From a virus: a stretch of DNA of 39,237 nucleotides. Below the pieces are notes generated by a model that was not told where the DNA came from, made no database searches, and worked only from the letters and a program-made list of their open reading frames with translations. Location of the stretch: positions 1 through 39,237 of the IMG/VR virus record IMGVR_UViG_3300027432_000003, one strand, 5' to 3'. Positions 15,706 to 24,246 of this stretch are shown here, piece by piece (positions within the stretch are counted from its first letter, which is position 1; the number at the start of each line of letters is the position of its first letter). The translations under genes were made by a program, and so were the position numbers.

Positions 15706-17715
15706 TTACTGGTCACCGGCGTCAACCGAATAGGCGAATGACTGCTGATGGTCAACCATCACGTCCATCCACGAATTGGTGGTCACTTCCACGATGGTCT
15801 CTTTCGACCGAGTGTACGGGTTGACCACGATGTCCAAACCGCCCCAGATGAGCTTCTTGGCGTCCTCAAAATTTCCAAACCCGACCCGGTCATTTAAGAT
15901 CTGGTTGGTGGCGGTCGCCCGCAGGCCGATGACCCGGCCATCGGCGGTTTCGTCGCCCCACGAGCCGTCTTCCCAGATGAAAATCGGGAACGTCGTGCCG
16001 ACCTTGGGAGTCGTGCGCCACTTTTCCTCGACGAGCGGGGTCGTGACAAACGCCATGTTGGCCACGGCGGCGTTGCCCAAGGCAAGCTGCGTTTTGAAAT
16101 TGACCACTTTCTGGTATGTGACCGCGCCGCCAAAATTCACCGCGCCGATGCCAGGCGTGTTGAAGATTCCGACCGGTTGATTGTTCGCGCCCGTTCCGAG
16201 CAGCGAAACCTGGTCCACAAGCACGGCGTGCGATTTGAGTTGGTCGTCGCGCAGCCAGTTTTCCACGTCGAGCACGGATTGCAAAATCAACTGCTTGTCA
16301 TATGACCCGGTGACGCCAACGCGGTGCGGCGATGCGGCGAGCTGGTCGAGCAGCGGATTGCTGACGTTGAGCAGGAACGTTTCAGGAACAAAATACGGGG
16401 TGCAGGCGGCGACGTGACGCGGCCAGGCAATCATGCCTTCGATTCCGGCGATGGTTTTCATTCCCAACCGCTCAGTCACCATGAGATTGCGGAGAAGTTG
16501 AATCAGCGGCATGTAAACGTCGGTCTGGACCAGCGCGCCGCCCTGGCCGAAAACACCAACCTGCAAATCACCGGCGGCGCGGGTGCGCCGATTCGTGGCG
16601 GCCGTTCGCAGTTTGCGGTTGTACGGCATCAAAAAGCCATGCGGCTTGAAAACGCCCTTGTTGCGTTTTGAAATTTCGGCGTGAACTTCACCTTCCAATC
16701 CTTCGGGGATTGCGCTTTCGCGGTTCTGCTCAACGCAGGAACGAAGAGCGCGGGCAAAGCTGTACTGGCTGATGTCGTCGTGCAGTTCATCCTCAGCGAT
16801 GACCTTCACGTTAGCCCGCTGGAATGTTTTGGCCTCGGTCGTAAGCACGCGGACGGAAAATTCGCCCGGCGATTCCTCGCCCGCCTCGGCGGCGGCGGCC
16901 AGTTCATCAATCTTTTTGACGGATTCCGGGTGTTGAAAATCACGCTTGAACGCGGTGGCGATTTCGCGGATGCCGGTGATGCGTTTGCGTTCGTTGCCGG
17001 CGGCGAGCTTTCGCGCCTCGGCGACGGCGGCCTGGGATTGGGCGGTGGTAATCGTGCCGTTGCCATCGGCGGGTGCGGCGTCAAGTAAGGTTCTCATGCG
17101 ATTTTTTTCTTTTGGCGTTAGCCGTTCCAAGAGTGCAATAAAGTTAACCGGTTCAGCTCCATTACCGGTGGCGGGGTGAGTTCGGCCTACGCCGACGCTG
17201 CCATCGGCGGGAATCGCCACGCTTGAAATCTCGTGCGCGCGCCAGGCAAATCGCTTCATGGGACGGCCATCCGTGTGGGTTCCGGTTGACAATGTTTTTG
17301 TCAGGTCGTAACCAAATGAAATATGTGGCCGCATCAATGAACGCATCTGGCCGCAACGCTCCAGGCCCAAGCCGTCCGAATCCATCTCAATGTCCGCGCG
17401 CCCTTTTTTGTCCGGGTCGATTTGCGCCTTCAAAATCACTCCGATGGGTGATTTGACATCGTGCTCGTCGAGCACCGCGCCGCGATTTTGCAACAGTGAC
17501 AAATCCGCGTTGGCAATTTCGTGGTCAAGAATTTCATAGAATTCGGCCCCTTCGTCGTGATCGAATCCATCCCCGACGCGCAGCACCGGCGTCTCGCTGG
17601 AAAAAGCAACCCGTAAACAAAGGTCTGAGCCGTTGTCCTGAACTTGCGACGGAAAGTCGGTGGCGGCTACGCGAACGAAGCGAAATCGGATTTTATTTTG
17701 CGGCGCCATTTCCAA
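15706..17715 (-). CDS. Prohead protease (HK97/S78-like), scaffold-like linker and HK97-fold major capsid protein in one ORF
   Basis: 669 aa. The N-terminal ~185 aa (RVAFSSETPVLR...EILDHE...VLDEHD...ISFGY...WRAHEISSVAIPADGSVGVGR) fit prohead protease motifs. Residues ~300-669 (LVQTDVYMPLIQLLR...LLGTGANNQPVGIFNTPG...) fit Phage_capsid. There is no stop between them. Possible starts are TTG 17715 or ATG 17709. Confidence 0.8.
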   Translation of the reverse strand: MEMAPQNKIRFRFVRVAATDFPSQVQDNGSDLCLRVAFSSETPVLRVGDGFDHDEGAEFYEILDHEIANADLSLLQNRGAVLDEHDVKSPIGVILKAQIDPDKKGRADIEMDSDGLGLERCGQMRSLMRPHISFGYDLTKTLSTGTHTDGRPMKRFAWRAHEISSVAIPADGSVGVGRTHPATGNGAEPVNFIALLERLTPKEKNRMRTLLDAAPADGNGTITTAQSQAAVAEARKLAAGNERKRITGIREIATAFKRDFQHPESVKKIDELAAAAEAGEESPGEFSVRVLTTEAKTFQRANVKVIAEDELHDDISQYSFARALRSCVEQNRESAIPEGLEGEVHAEISKRNKGVFKPHGFLMPYNRKLRTAATNRRTRAAGDLQVGVFGQGGALVQTDVYMPLIQLLRNLMVTERLGMKTIAGIEGMIAWPRHVAACTPYFVPETFLLNVSNPLLDQLAASPHRVGVTGSYDKQLILQSVLDVENWLRDDQLKSHAVLVDQVSLLGTGANNQPVGIFNTPGIGAVNFGGAVTYQKVVNFKTQLALGNAAVANMAFVTTPLVEEKWRTTPKVGTTFPIFIWEDGSWGDETADGRVIGLRATATNQILNDRVGFGNFEDAKKLIWGGLDIVVNPYTRSKETIVEVTTNSWMDVMVDHQQSFAYSVDAGDQ
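17128..17149 (-). promoter_or_regulatory. Late junction motif, copy b, inside the protease-capsid ORF. Gene sense: GGTTAACTTTATTGCACTCTTG.
   Basis: Its TTG is in frame (Leu196). An in-frame ATG (Met207, 17097) follows 30 nt downstream, at the protease/capsid domain boundary. Confidence 0.5.
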
Positions 17716-17734
17716 AAGTGTCGAAAAGTTAATT
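17713..17734 (-). promoter_or_regulatory. Late junction motif, copy d. Gene sense: AATTAACTTTTCGACACTTTTG.
   Basis: It lies between the portal stop (TAA 17733-17735) and the protease-capsid start. Its TTG is the in-frame ORF start at 17715. Confidence 0.5.
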
Positions 17735-19526
17735 ATTGACCGCCTTCATGCGGTTCGCCGTTGGCTCTAAATCGTCCGTGCGCTTCAATCGCCCGCAGCA
17801 TCAATTCAATCGCCCGCAGCATCAATCCGGTGGCGTCATGCCCATTGCCGTTCGTGGCGGATTTTTTCAAAGTTTGCTTGCCGCCTTTTTTGGCGGGCGG
17901 CGACGGCGGTTGCGCGCCTTCCTCCGGGTTGGGAATGCCCTCACCTGGTTCTCCTTTTTGAATCGTCGGAGTCGTAGGGTCGGAACTTGAAAAATCCAGT
18001 CGATGCGCTTCATCAACTTTTTTGTCACTGGCGATTTCCGAATCAACCTGCTCCACGTCCCCGCCACGGTCGCTCTCGGCTATGATGCGCGAGCGGGACG
18101 TGAGACCGGCCTCGATGCGGAGAATGTCCGCCTGCGCGTCCTGCAATGGGTTGATGTAGCCCCACCGCTTTCCGTGAAAATGCGCGGCGCGGATAAGCTC
18201 ATCCAGCCGGGAGATCGGCTGCTTGACCTTGCCGGACAGAATCGCGTATTTCAGCCAGACGGAAAAATGCGGGCGCACGAGATTTGTGATCAGGTGCTTT
18301 TGCAGTTTTTTGAACTGGTCGCGCTGCGCGGATTCGCCGAGTCGTCCGCTTGAAAAATTAACGCTCTCCAAATCGTTGCCCAAAAGATGATATGAAATTC
18401 CAACGCCACCAGCCACGGAACGAAGATTTTGTTTTGTAAAATTAGGATACGCCTCGACCGGATGTTTTGGGTCGTACTCTTTGAAGTCATACCCATCCGG
18501 CAGCTCATCAAAAGTTCCCGGCGAAGCCTGCATCTGTTTGCCGCCCTGTTCATCCTGCACGTCCCCGGCGTATTCGTCGCCGGTCTTTTCCTTCGTGAAA
18601 AATCCCATTTTACAAGCGGCGACAATCGCCGCCGTCATCTCGGCAATATCGTACTGGTCGAGGCGGTGAAGCCGCTGCACAATCGGCGCAAGTGACGACA
18701 TGCCGATATATTGCTCCGGGCGCGTGCGAATGTTCCAAAGCGCGATTACGTCGACGGCGTCAACTCGCTCGCGGTATCTCGGCGAATTCGACCACGCGAA
18801 CACGTCGCCCGGATGACGGGTCAACAGCCAATAAGCCACCGGCGCGTGGTATTCATCCATTTCAATCGAGAATTGAATTTCATTGCCGCTGCCGGTCGCC
18901 GGTCGATTCCAGTTGTAATCAAGGTGATCACTTTCCAAAACTTCAACCGCGTATCGAAATTCATTTTTTGGAAAATTCCGGTAATGGCGGATGATGATCC
19001 CGCCATCGCGGATGACCGCTGAAATCGCCTGCCAGTACATTTCCGACCGGCTGATGGTCCGGCGAATGGTGCAATTTTCCGGCAACGCCGCCTCTTTCCA
19101 GGCTTCCTCAATTTCCCGGTTCGTATCGGTTTCCTCAACGAACGCACCGTCCACAAGCTTTCCGACCTTCATTTCCAACCGAAACGGGTCATCACCAACC
19201 ACATTGTTTTGGTGGGCGTTGATGATGGTCGTCACATACGGGTTGTCCCGCTCCAGCCGTCGCGCGCGGCTGCGCGTTGCCATGATGGAAACCAAAATTT
19301 CAGCGTTGCTGCTGGTGATCGAAATTGGGAAATCCTCATTTAGCCGGGAAGTGACGGCGGCGTCATACATGCGGACCTTTTGCCGTGGGACATGCCGGAT
19401 GATGTCCGCGTCACCGGGCTTCACTCTTCTTGAATCGAGCAGACGCCCACCCGTCCGGGCCAGCGATGCCGGCAACGCGCGGACCTTCGGCTTCGACGCG
19501 TGGAAAAGTTCAAAATTAAATTTCAC
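17733..19526 (-). CDS. Portal protein (lambda gpB family)
   Basis: 597 aa. RSRARRLERDNPYVTTIINAHQNNVVGDDPFRLEMK and the overall pattern resemble lambda-family portals. The gene lies between the terminase and the protease. GTG start at 19526. Confidence 0.8.
   Translation of the reverse strand: MKFNFELFHASKPKVRALPASLARTGGRLLDSRRVKPGDADIIRHVPRQKVRMYDAAVTSRLNEDFPISITSSNAEILVSIMATRSRARRLERDNPYVTTIINAHQNNVVGDDPFRLEMKVGKLVDGAFVEETDTNREIEEAWKEAALPENCTIRRTISRSEMYWQAISAVIRDGGIIIRHYRNFPKNEFRYAVEVLESDHLDYNWNRPATGSGNEIQFSIEMDEYHAPVAYWLLTRHPGDVFAWSNSPRYRERVDAVDVIALWNIRTRPEQYIGMSSLAPIVQRLHRLDQYDIAEMTAAIVAACKMGFFTKEKTGDEYAGDVQDEQGGKQMQASPGTFDELPDGYDFKEYDPKHPVEAYPNFTKQNLRSVAGGVGISYHLLGNDLESVNFSSGRLGESAQRDQFKKLQKHLITNLVRPHFSVWLKYAILSGKVKQPISRLDELIRAAHFHGKRWGYINPLQDAQADILRIEAGLTSRSRIIAESDRGGDVEQVDSEIASDKKVDEAHRLDFSSSDPTTPTIQKGEPGEGIPNPEEGAQPPSPPAKKGGKQTLKKSATNGNGHDATGLMLRAIELMLRAIEAHGRFRANGEPHEGGQ
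17784..17825. repeat. Perfect 21-bp tandem duplication inside the portal 3' end (encodes LMLRAIE twice)
   Basis: 17784-17804 equals 17805-17825 (TTCAATCGCCCGCAGCATCAA). Confidence 0.95.
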
Positions 19527-20161
19527 GTTCCTGGCCCTCGAAAGATTGAACCGGCTCCAAATCCGCGCGGATTCGGAAACGCAACGTTGATCCGGGTTGT
19601 GATGTTCCGGCCCGTGGGCTGTCCGTTCCGCGCCCGTTGCGCGGCTATTTCACCCTGCCGCTGCCGACGCATCGACCAATAAAAATTTGTCAACTGGTTT
19701 ACCGGAATTCTTCGGATCATCGTTCCGTTGATTTCGGAATCCAAAACATCATTCGTCGCGCGGCCTGAAAGAACCGCTTCCAATTTTCGGACCATCGCCT
19801 GAGCGAAAGTTTCGGTTGATTGATCGCCCGGAGCGGTTTGCAAATCCGGCAGGATTTGAATTTCCGACGGATGATAAATTTCGTACCGTTCCCCGGTCGT
19901 TGCATTAGACGCATACCCGGCCATCTCGTAATCACCGGGTGGCCAACTCTCGGTCACGTTGCCGGCGACAAAAACAACCTGCCCCAGGGTTCCATCCGTC
20001 GCCGGCGCGGAAACAAATTCAATCGGAATTCCGGCCCCGCGTATTTCGTAGGTGATGACCCAGGCCGGCGCGGGATATAATCTGAAATTGCGCTGGAAAT
20101 TTATTGTGTCCCCGCAGGTAATGGTGATCGGTTCGCGCCGTTCTGGTGTGATGGTGCCCAT
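19523..20161 (-). CDS. Hypothetical head protein in the position of lambda gpW, between terminase and portal
   Basis: 212 aa from ATG 20161 (the ORF track uses TTG 20164). Junction motif copy c lies immediately upstream. Confidence 0.55.
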   Translation of the reverse strand: MGTITPERREPITITCGDTINFQRNFRLYPAPAWVITYEIRGAGIPIEFVSAPATDGTLGQVVFVAGNVTESWPPGDYEMAGYASNATTGERYEIYHPSEIQILPDLQTAPGDQSTETFAQAMVRKLEAVLSGRATNDVLDSEINGTMIRRIPVNQLTNFYWSMRRQRQGEIAAQRARNGQPTGRNITTRINVAFPNPRGFGAGSIFRGPGT

Positions 20162-20183
20162 CAAGAGTGCGATAAAGTTTATC
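20162..20183 (-). promoter_or_regulatory. Late junction motif, copy c. Gene sense: GATAAACTTTATCGCACTCTTG.
   Basis: It contains the TerL stop codon (TAA 20179-20181) and ends at the TTG-ATG start of gene 19523..20161. Confidence 0.5.
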
Positions 20184-22149
20184 CCGGAAGGCGAAATCCA
20201 AATCCACCCACTCCGCCGATGCTCATGCGCAATCTCGGCCGTTTGCGCGGCGGAATCTCCGGTTTTGGTTTTTCAACGTCCGCCGCCGGCTTGATGACGT
20301 AATCGGTTTTTTGCTGGTCGCGTTCTTCTTTTGGAATCACTGAAGCCCGGACGCGGATCATGTTTGGTTTTAAAATATCATAGGCGGCGATATTGTAAAC
20401 GCGCAGGTCCAATGCCTCGTTTCGCTCAAATTGTTTCACCCACTTCCTGCGCACGACCCCCATCTCAATGGTCTGCTGTAGTTTTTCCGAACACAGTTGT
20501 TTGAAATATTTCTCCGTGTAACCATTTCCGGTTGGAAAATGACAATAACGCGGGCCGGGATCATTTATTCGCAGACGGCTGAACAATGAATCCTTGGCCG
20601 TATCCGTTCCGACGCTGAACAGGAACATTGCGTAATGTTTATTTCTATTCGGCTGGACGAGCGGTGAATGCGGAGTCGAACTCCCTTTTACGGCGTAAAA
20701 CCGGCGGCTCTGGCGCGCTTTGCAAAATAAATAAACCGCCTTTGTTTTGTGGCCGGCGTCAACCGCGCAACAGGTTATCCCAATTTGGACTCCTGATGGA
20801 TGGTTGAATTTTTTTGATAAAACGTCATCCACGTTTTCCTGAATTGACGGCAGGTCGAAATCGCCCCAAACGACGTATTTCCCGACGCCCCAGGTTTCTT
20901 CCTCATCCCCCCATCCAAGCACTTCAATTTCAACGCGGTCGGATTGAATGTCGCAGGCGGCGGTCAGCAGACAGACATCATCGGGCATGTCCCCTCCATA
21001 ATTTTCAGCCCGGTCCATTATCGGCGCCCATTCGACCTGCTCGGTCGATTCTTCCCACGTTTCATTGAGCCAGGTGTTTGTCCACACCTGATGAGTCGCC
21101 TTCCCACCGTGCTTTGCCGCAAGGAAGTTTTCGGCGAACTGATGATGAAAGTTTTTGTAAGCGCGTTTTTTGCCGATGGTCTGATAAAGCCCGGACAACA
21201 ACCGTCCCCGGATGCCCCTGAATGGAGCGGTTGCCCGCCATTCGGCCCGCAGCTCTTTTCCGTCAACCACCACCGGCGGATTGTCGCGATGCCCGCTCGC
21301 AATGGCAGCGATGCGTTGCGGGTCCGTCCATGGCGCCGAACAGTGCTGGCAAATCAGGACCGCGTTTTCTGTGTCGCGGATTTCCTTTCCATCCCGTTCA
21401 AATGTGAATTTGAATTGCGACCATTGCAAATCCTGAAACCCTCCGCATTTCCAGCATGGCAGAAAATATTTCTGTTTGTCGCTACGTTCAATTCCTGCCT
21501 CGATGCGGGACAGTCCCTTGATCGTGCAGGTGGAGGATTTTAATTTTACCGCGTCAAAAAACGTTTCCGCGCGTTTGTCCGCAAGTGAAATCGGGTCACC
21601 CTCGGCCGTCGGCTGCATCGCGTCAATCTCATCGCAGATTACAACTTTTTTTGACCGTTGCCGCAAGCCGCTGGGAGAATTTGCGCCAACGGCCGTCAAT
21701 CCGCCGCCTGGGAATTTCCGGTTCAGAGCGGTGCTTTCGCTGTCGCGCGCCCGGGGTTCCTGAAGTTTTCCGTCCAGCGCCGGCGTTTCGCGGGTCGTCG
21801 GTAAAAATTTATCCCGCATCCAAGCCCGCGTGCTGTCCAGCGTCGGATATACCACCAGGATTGAAGATGGAGCGTGTCCAATAAAATATTCGATGATGAT
21901 GATGATGCAGAGGGTCTTTCCGATCTGGGACGCAATCATCCAGAATATTTCCGAGCTGGCCGGATCAAGCGGGTCATCCAACATTGCCTGCTGGTACGGC
22001 ATTCGAGCGAGATGGAACTTGCCGGCTTCGGCGTTCCCCTCCGACGGCAGATACGCGTTAAGCTCGGACCATTCCGAGATTGACAGGGGATCAGGCGGAT
22101 GCCACCCGGCAAGCACAAGCTCATGCAGCGTGGTCCGTGACGTTTTCAT
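20179..22149 (-). CDS. terL: Terminase large subunit (lambda GpA family)
   Basis: RMPYQQAMLDD, Walker-like SQIGKTL, VICDEIDAM, GDPISLADKRAETF and a Zn-finger (PCWKCGG...CQHCSAPW) follow the GpA pattern. I chose the start at ATG 22149 (MKTSRTTLHE). The ORF track extends to 22218. Confidence 0.85.
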   Translation of the reverse strand: MKTSRTTLHELVLAGWHPPDPLSISEWSELNAYLPSEGNAEAGKFHLARMPYQQAMLDDPLDPASSEIFWMIASQIGKTLCIIIIIEYFIGHAPSSILVVYPTLDSTRAWMRDKFLPTTRETPALDGKLQEPRARDSESTALNRKFPGGGLTAVGANSPSGLRQRSKKVVICDEIDAMQPTAEGDPISLADKRAETFFDAVKLKSSTCTIKGLSRIEAGIERSDKQKYFLPCWKCGGFQDLQWSQFKFTFERDGKEIRDTENAVLICQHCSAPWTDPQRIAAIASGHRDNPPVVVDGKELRAEWRATAPFRGIRGRLLSGLYQTIGKKRAYKNFHHQFAENFLAAKHGGKATHQVWTNTWLNETWEESTEQVEWAPIMDRAENYGGDMPDDVCLLTAACDIQSDRVEIEVLGWGDEEETWGVGKYVVWGDFDLPSIQENVDDVLSKKFNHPSGVQIGITCCAVDAGHKTKAVYLFCKARQSRRFYAVKGSSTPHSPLVQPNRNKHYAMFLFSVGTDTAKDSLFSRLRINDPGPRYCHFPTGNGYTEKYFKQLCSEKLQQTIEMGVVRRKWVKQFERNEALDLRVYNIAAYDILKPNMIRVRASVIPKEERDQQKTDYVIKPAADVEKPKPEIPPRKRPRLRMSIGGVGGFGFRLPG

Positions 22150-22612
22150 CTTCTTTTTTCGGAGAGAATTCAACCGGCTTGGAAAGCTCGACGAGAATAT
22201 CGCGCACGATCCGGTCAACGGTTTTCCGCCCCGCCTCGTCGAGATTTAAAATGCTTTGCAGGTTATTCCCGAGCGAAAGCATTTTTTGCTTCACGGATTG
22301 CTGCATGTCCTCCAGCTCGGCGTGTGCGTCGGATATTGAAATAATCTCGCCGTCCTCCATCCGGTCCTTTCGCTCTTCCCGGTTCGCTTTGGCGGTCAAC
22401 AACTTTAGGCCGGCTTTATCCTCATTGCGCCGCTTGTCGCTGATTAAAATCGCCTTGAAACAATGCGGCGCATGGTAGATTTTATCCCTGCCTTGAATTT
22501 CCGGCTTTAAATGCGCCAGCCGAATCGCCAGCGTAGCGCGGTCCAGTCCAGTCACCTTGAATAGCTGATTGATGGTCCATGCGATTTGCGGACCTTTTCC
22601 TGGCAGGCTCAT
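22121..22612 (-). CDS. terS: Terminase small subunit (Nu1-like: N-terminal HTH plus coiled coil)
   Basis: 163 aa. The N-terminal AWTINQLFKVTGLDRATLAIRL reads as an HTH and the central part is a charged helix. The gene overlaps the TerL start. Confidence 0.55.
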   Translation of the reverse strand: MSLPGKGPQIAWTINQLFKVTGLDRATLAIRLAHLKPEIQGRDKIYHAPHCFKAILISDKRRNEDKAGLKLLTAKANREERKDRMEDGEIISISDAHAELEDMQQSVKQKMLSLGNNLQSILNLDEAGRKTVDRIVRDILVELSKPVEFSPKKEDENVTDHAA

Positions 22613-23221
22613 TTATTTTTTCCCCATTGCAGTGTGCCGGTGGCTCCGGCGAAAATGCACGCCGAATTCGCGCTGAAACTTTGTCGCCAAAACACTAATC
22701 ATTGGCTTGCTGACCCCGATTGATTTGCCGATTATTTTATAACTTTGGTTATTGAAGATTTCAGGCCGTACCACGGCGCACATGGCGACGAACCTGTTAA
22801 ACGCAGCGCGCCCCCTGCGCGGGCGGCGCTCGCCAACCCAGCACCAGTTTAATATTTTGTTCAGCGCCTCGCCAAGCTCGTGAAATTTTTCGCCGTCTAA
22901 TGATCTAATCTCAGCAACCGATATTTGAGATTCGTCGAGATGGTTTTCCGCGTACGACGAATCATCATTGCTGTCAAAGTAGTCCACGGGTTTTGGTGTA
23001 AAATAAAAAAAAGTTTCTGTCCAGCTATATTTTGCGGTTTTGGTCACCTGTACTCTGAAACAGTCCAGGGAGTACCTAAACTTGTCTGGTCTGACTGCAA
23101 TATGTTTGTGTTTGAAGTGGTCGCCATTATAAAACGTTGCTAAATCTGGAATTATGAGCGAGCAAATTGGCAAACCAGGGGATAAAAACAATCCCCCCAA
23201 AGATAACGAGAACCAACCCAA
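22613..23221 (-). CDS. Hypothetical DNA-binding protein (C-terminal HTH). Start uncertain.
   Basis: The C-terminal YKIIGKSIGVSKPMISVLATKFQREFG reads as an HTH. The 5' 95 nt overlap gene 23127..23357, so a later start such as GTG 23047 is possible. Confidence 0.45.
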   Translation of the reverse strand: MGWFSLSLGGLFLSPGLPICSLIIPDLATFYNGDHFKHKHIAVRPDKFRYSLDCFRVQVTKTAKYSWTETFFYFTPKPVDYFDSNDDSSYAENHLDESQISVAEIRSLDGEKFHELGEALNKILNWCWVGERRPRRGRAAFNRFVAMCAVVRPEIFNNQSYKIIGKSIGVSKPMISVLATKFQREFGVHFRRSHRHTAMGKK

Positions 23222-23357
23222 AGAAAAAGCAATAGACCACCCATCTGTCGGTTCTCAAATCCCGCCGCAGATTAATCCAACTCCACCTAACACAAACAAT
23301 TCCAGCCAAAAGAGGGAAAGATTTTGTCAAAAATATAAGGATGAATTGGAGTTTCAT
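23127..23357 (-). CDS. Small membrane protein
   Basis: 76 aa with hydrophobic segments FILIFLTKSFPLLAGIVCV and VVYCFFFGLVLVIFGGIVFIPWF. Confidence 0.45.
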   Translation of the reverse strand: MKLQFILIFLTKSFPLLAGIVCVRWSWINLRRDLRTDRWVVYCFFFGLVLVIFGGIVFIPWFANLLAHNSRFSNVL

Positions 23358-23358
23358 G

Positions 23359-23382
23359 TGGTTGTTTGGTTGTTTGGTTGTT
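23359..23382. repeat. Perfect 8-bp x3 tandem repeat (TGGTTGTT)
   Basis: 23359-23366, 23367-23374 and 23375-23382 are identical. The repeat lies in the 41-nt intergenic spacer. Confidence 0.9.
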
Positions 23383-23398
23383 TCATTTTCATACAGCG

Positions 23399-23587
23399 TT
23401 AGGCGTATTGTTCCAATTTCTCATTAGCACATGAGGCGCATAAGACTATATCTGGTTTGTATTGGCCGCCGGTGTCCCAGACTATCACCATTCGCGATTG
23501 CTTCAACCATGCAGCATCGCCGCAGTGGAAGCATTCAGTGCCGTCGCCTGCTTCCCATTCCCAAGTTATTCGGCCAGTCAGTTTCAT
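23399..23587 (-). CDS. Small Cys-rich (Zn-binding-like) protein
   Basis: MKLTGRITWEW...CFHCGD...CASCANE. The start at ATG 23587 lies 1 nt after the upstream TGA. Confidence 0.5.
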   Translation of the reverse strand: MKLTGRITWEWEAGDGTECFHCGDAAWLKQSRMVIVWDTGGQYKPDIVLCASCANEKLEQYA

Positions 23588-23588
23588 A

Positions 23589-23786
23589 TCAACCCAATTC
23601 CGCCCGCGCCGCGTCGATCCTCTCATTTGCCAGGCGCACCAACCATCCCCCAACCAGCGTCAACTCCCCTTGGTAATACGCCCGGCTAAAATTTTTCTGG
23701 CGTCCCCTTTCCTTCATCCCACACGCCAATTCTGAAATGCCCACCGCATACCACTCCATTCGCTTGAACCGCACAGCCAATTTCAT
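23589..23786 (-). CDS. Hypothetical small protein
   Basis: 65-aa ORF with an ATGA overlap with the upstream gene. Confidence 0.5.
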   Translation of the reverse strand: MKLAVRFKRMEWYAVGISELACGMKERGRQKNFSRAYYQGELTLVGGWLVRLANERIDAARAELG

Positions 23787-24040
23787 TTGTGTGTTTTGAA
23801 TGAGTACTGATAAATTCTACGGCCATTTTTAGTGCCCAGATATTCGCAATGTATCCTGGCACGCAGCCTCGCGGATCGCAGCGCGTGATTGCATTCGCTC
23901 ACGTCGCTGGCCGGCCGCGTGGACCGGCACGCCTCGCCCAGCTTGATGGTGGTCATGGGACGTTTAAGCAGCGCGCGGAACACGCGTTGCAGTCGCGGGC
24001 TGTAAAGATCGGCGTGGTGGAATGATGGTCTTGGTTTCAT
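23783..24040 (-). CDS. Small winged-helix-like DNA-binding protein (candidate)
   Basis: 85 aa, preceded by AAGGAAAC as a ribosome-binding site. SPRLQRVFRALLKRPMTTIKLGEA...SECNHALRSA resembles small wHTH proteins. This match is weak and from memory. Confidence 0.45.
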   Translation of the reverse strand: MKPRPSFHHADLYSPRLQRVFRALLKRPMTTIKLGEACRSTRPASDVSECNHALRSARLRARIHCEYLGTKNGRRIYQYSFKTHK

Positions 24041-24060
24041 GTTTCCTTTGGTTGCGAGGT

Positions 24061-24246
24061 TTAGTTCCCGGTCTGGAAGTTAACGGGATGCTGCCATTCA
24101 GCGGTAACGCGCCGGCAACGCGGGCAACGCGCTGGCGATTCAGTCTCGTCGCCAAGGACGACAATTCGCTCGCATCGCCGGCAATACCAGTACCCCTGTT
24201 GACAGAGTGAGGCCAGCGAGTGCTTAGTCGTTTGCCTGCTAATCAT
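24061..24246 (-). CDS. Zn-ribbon protein
   Basis: Two CxxC pairs: CRRC...CPRC. ATG 24246 overlaps the end of dnaB. Confidence 0.5.
   Translation of the reverse strand: MISRQTTKHSLASLCQQGYWYCRRCERIVVLGDETESPARCPRCRRVTAEWQHPVNFQTGN

Noticed and set aside
7971-20183. The junction motif might be a T7/SP6/T3-like single-subunit RNA polymerase promoter, given the resemblance of GACACTTTTGGA and AATTAAC to SP6 and T3 promoters.
   Set aside because: No RNA polymerase gene is present in the complete genome. The resemblance is noted in the finding, but the promoter-class assignment is not supported.
23286-23403. A fourth GTTAGG/CCTAAC pair: CCTAAC at 23286-23291 and GTTAGG at 23398-23403.
   Set aside because: The arms match only 8 of 10 bases and do not sit at gene boundaries, so this is probably chance.
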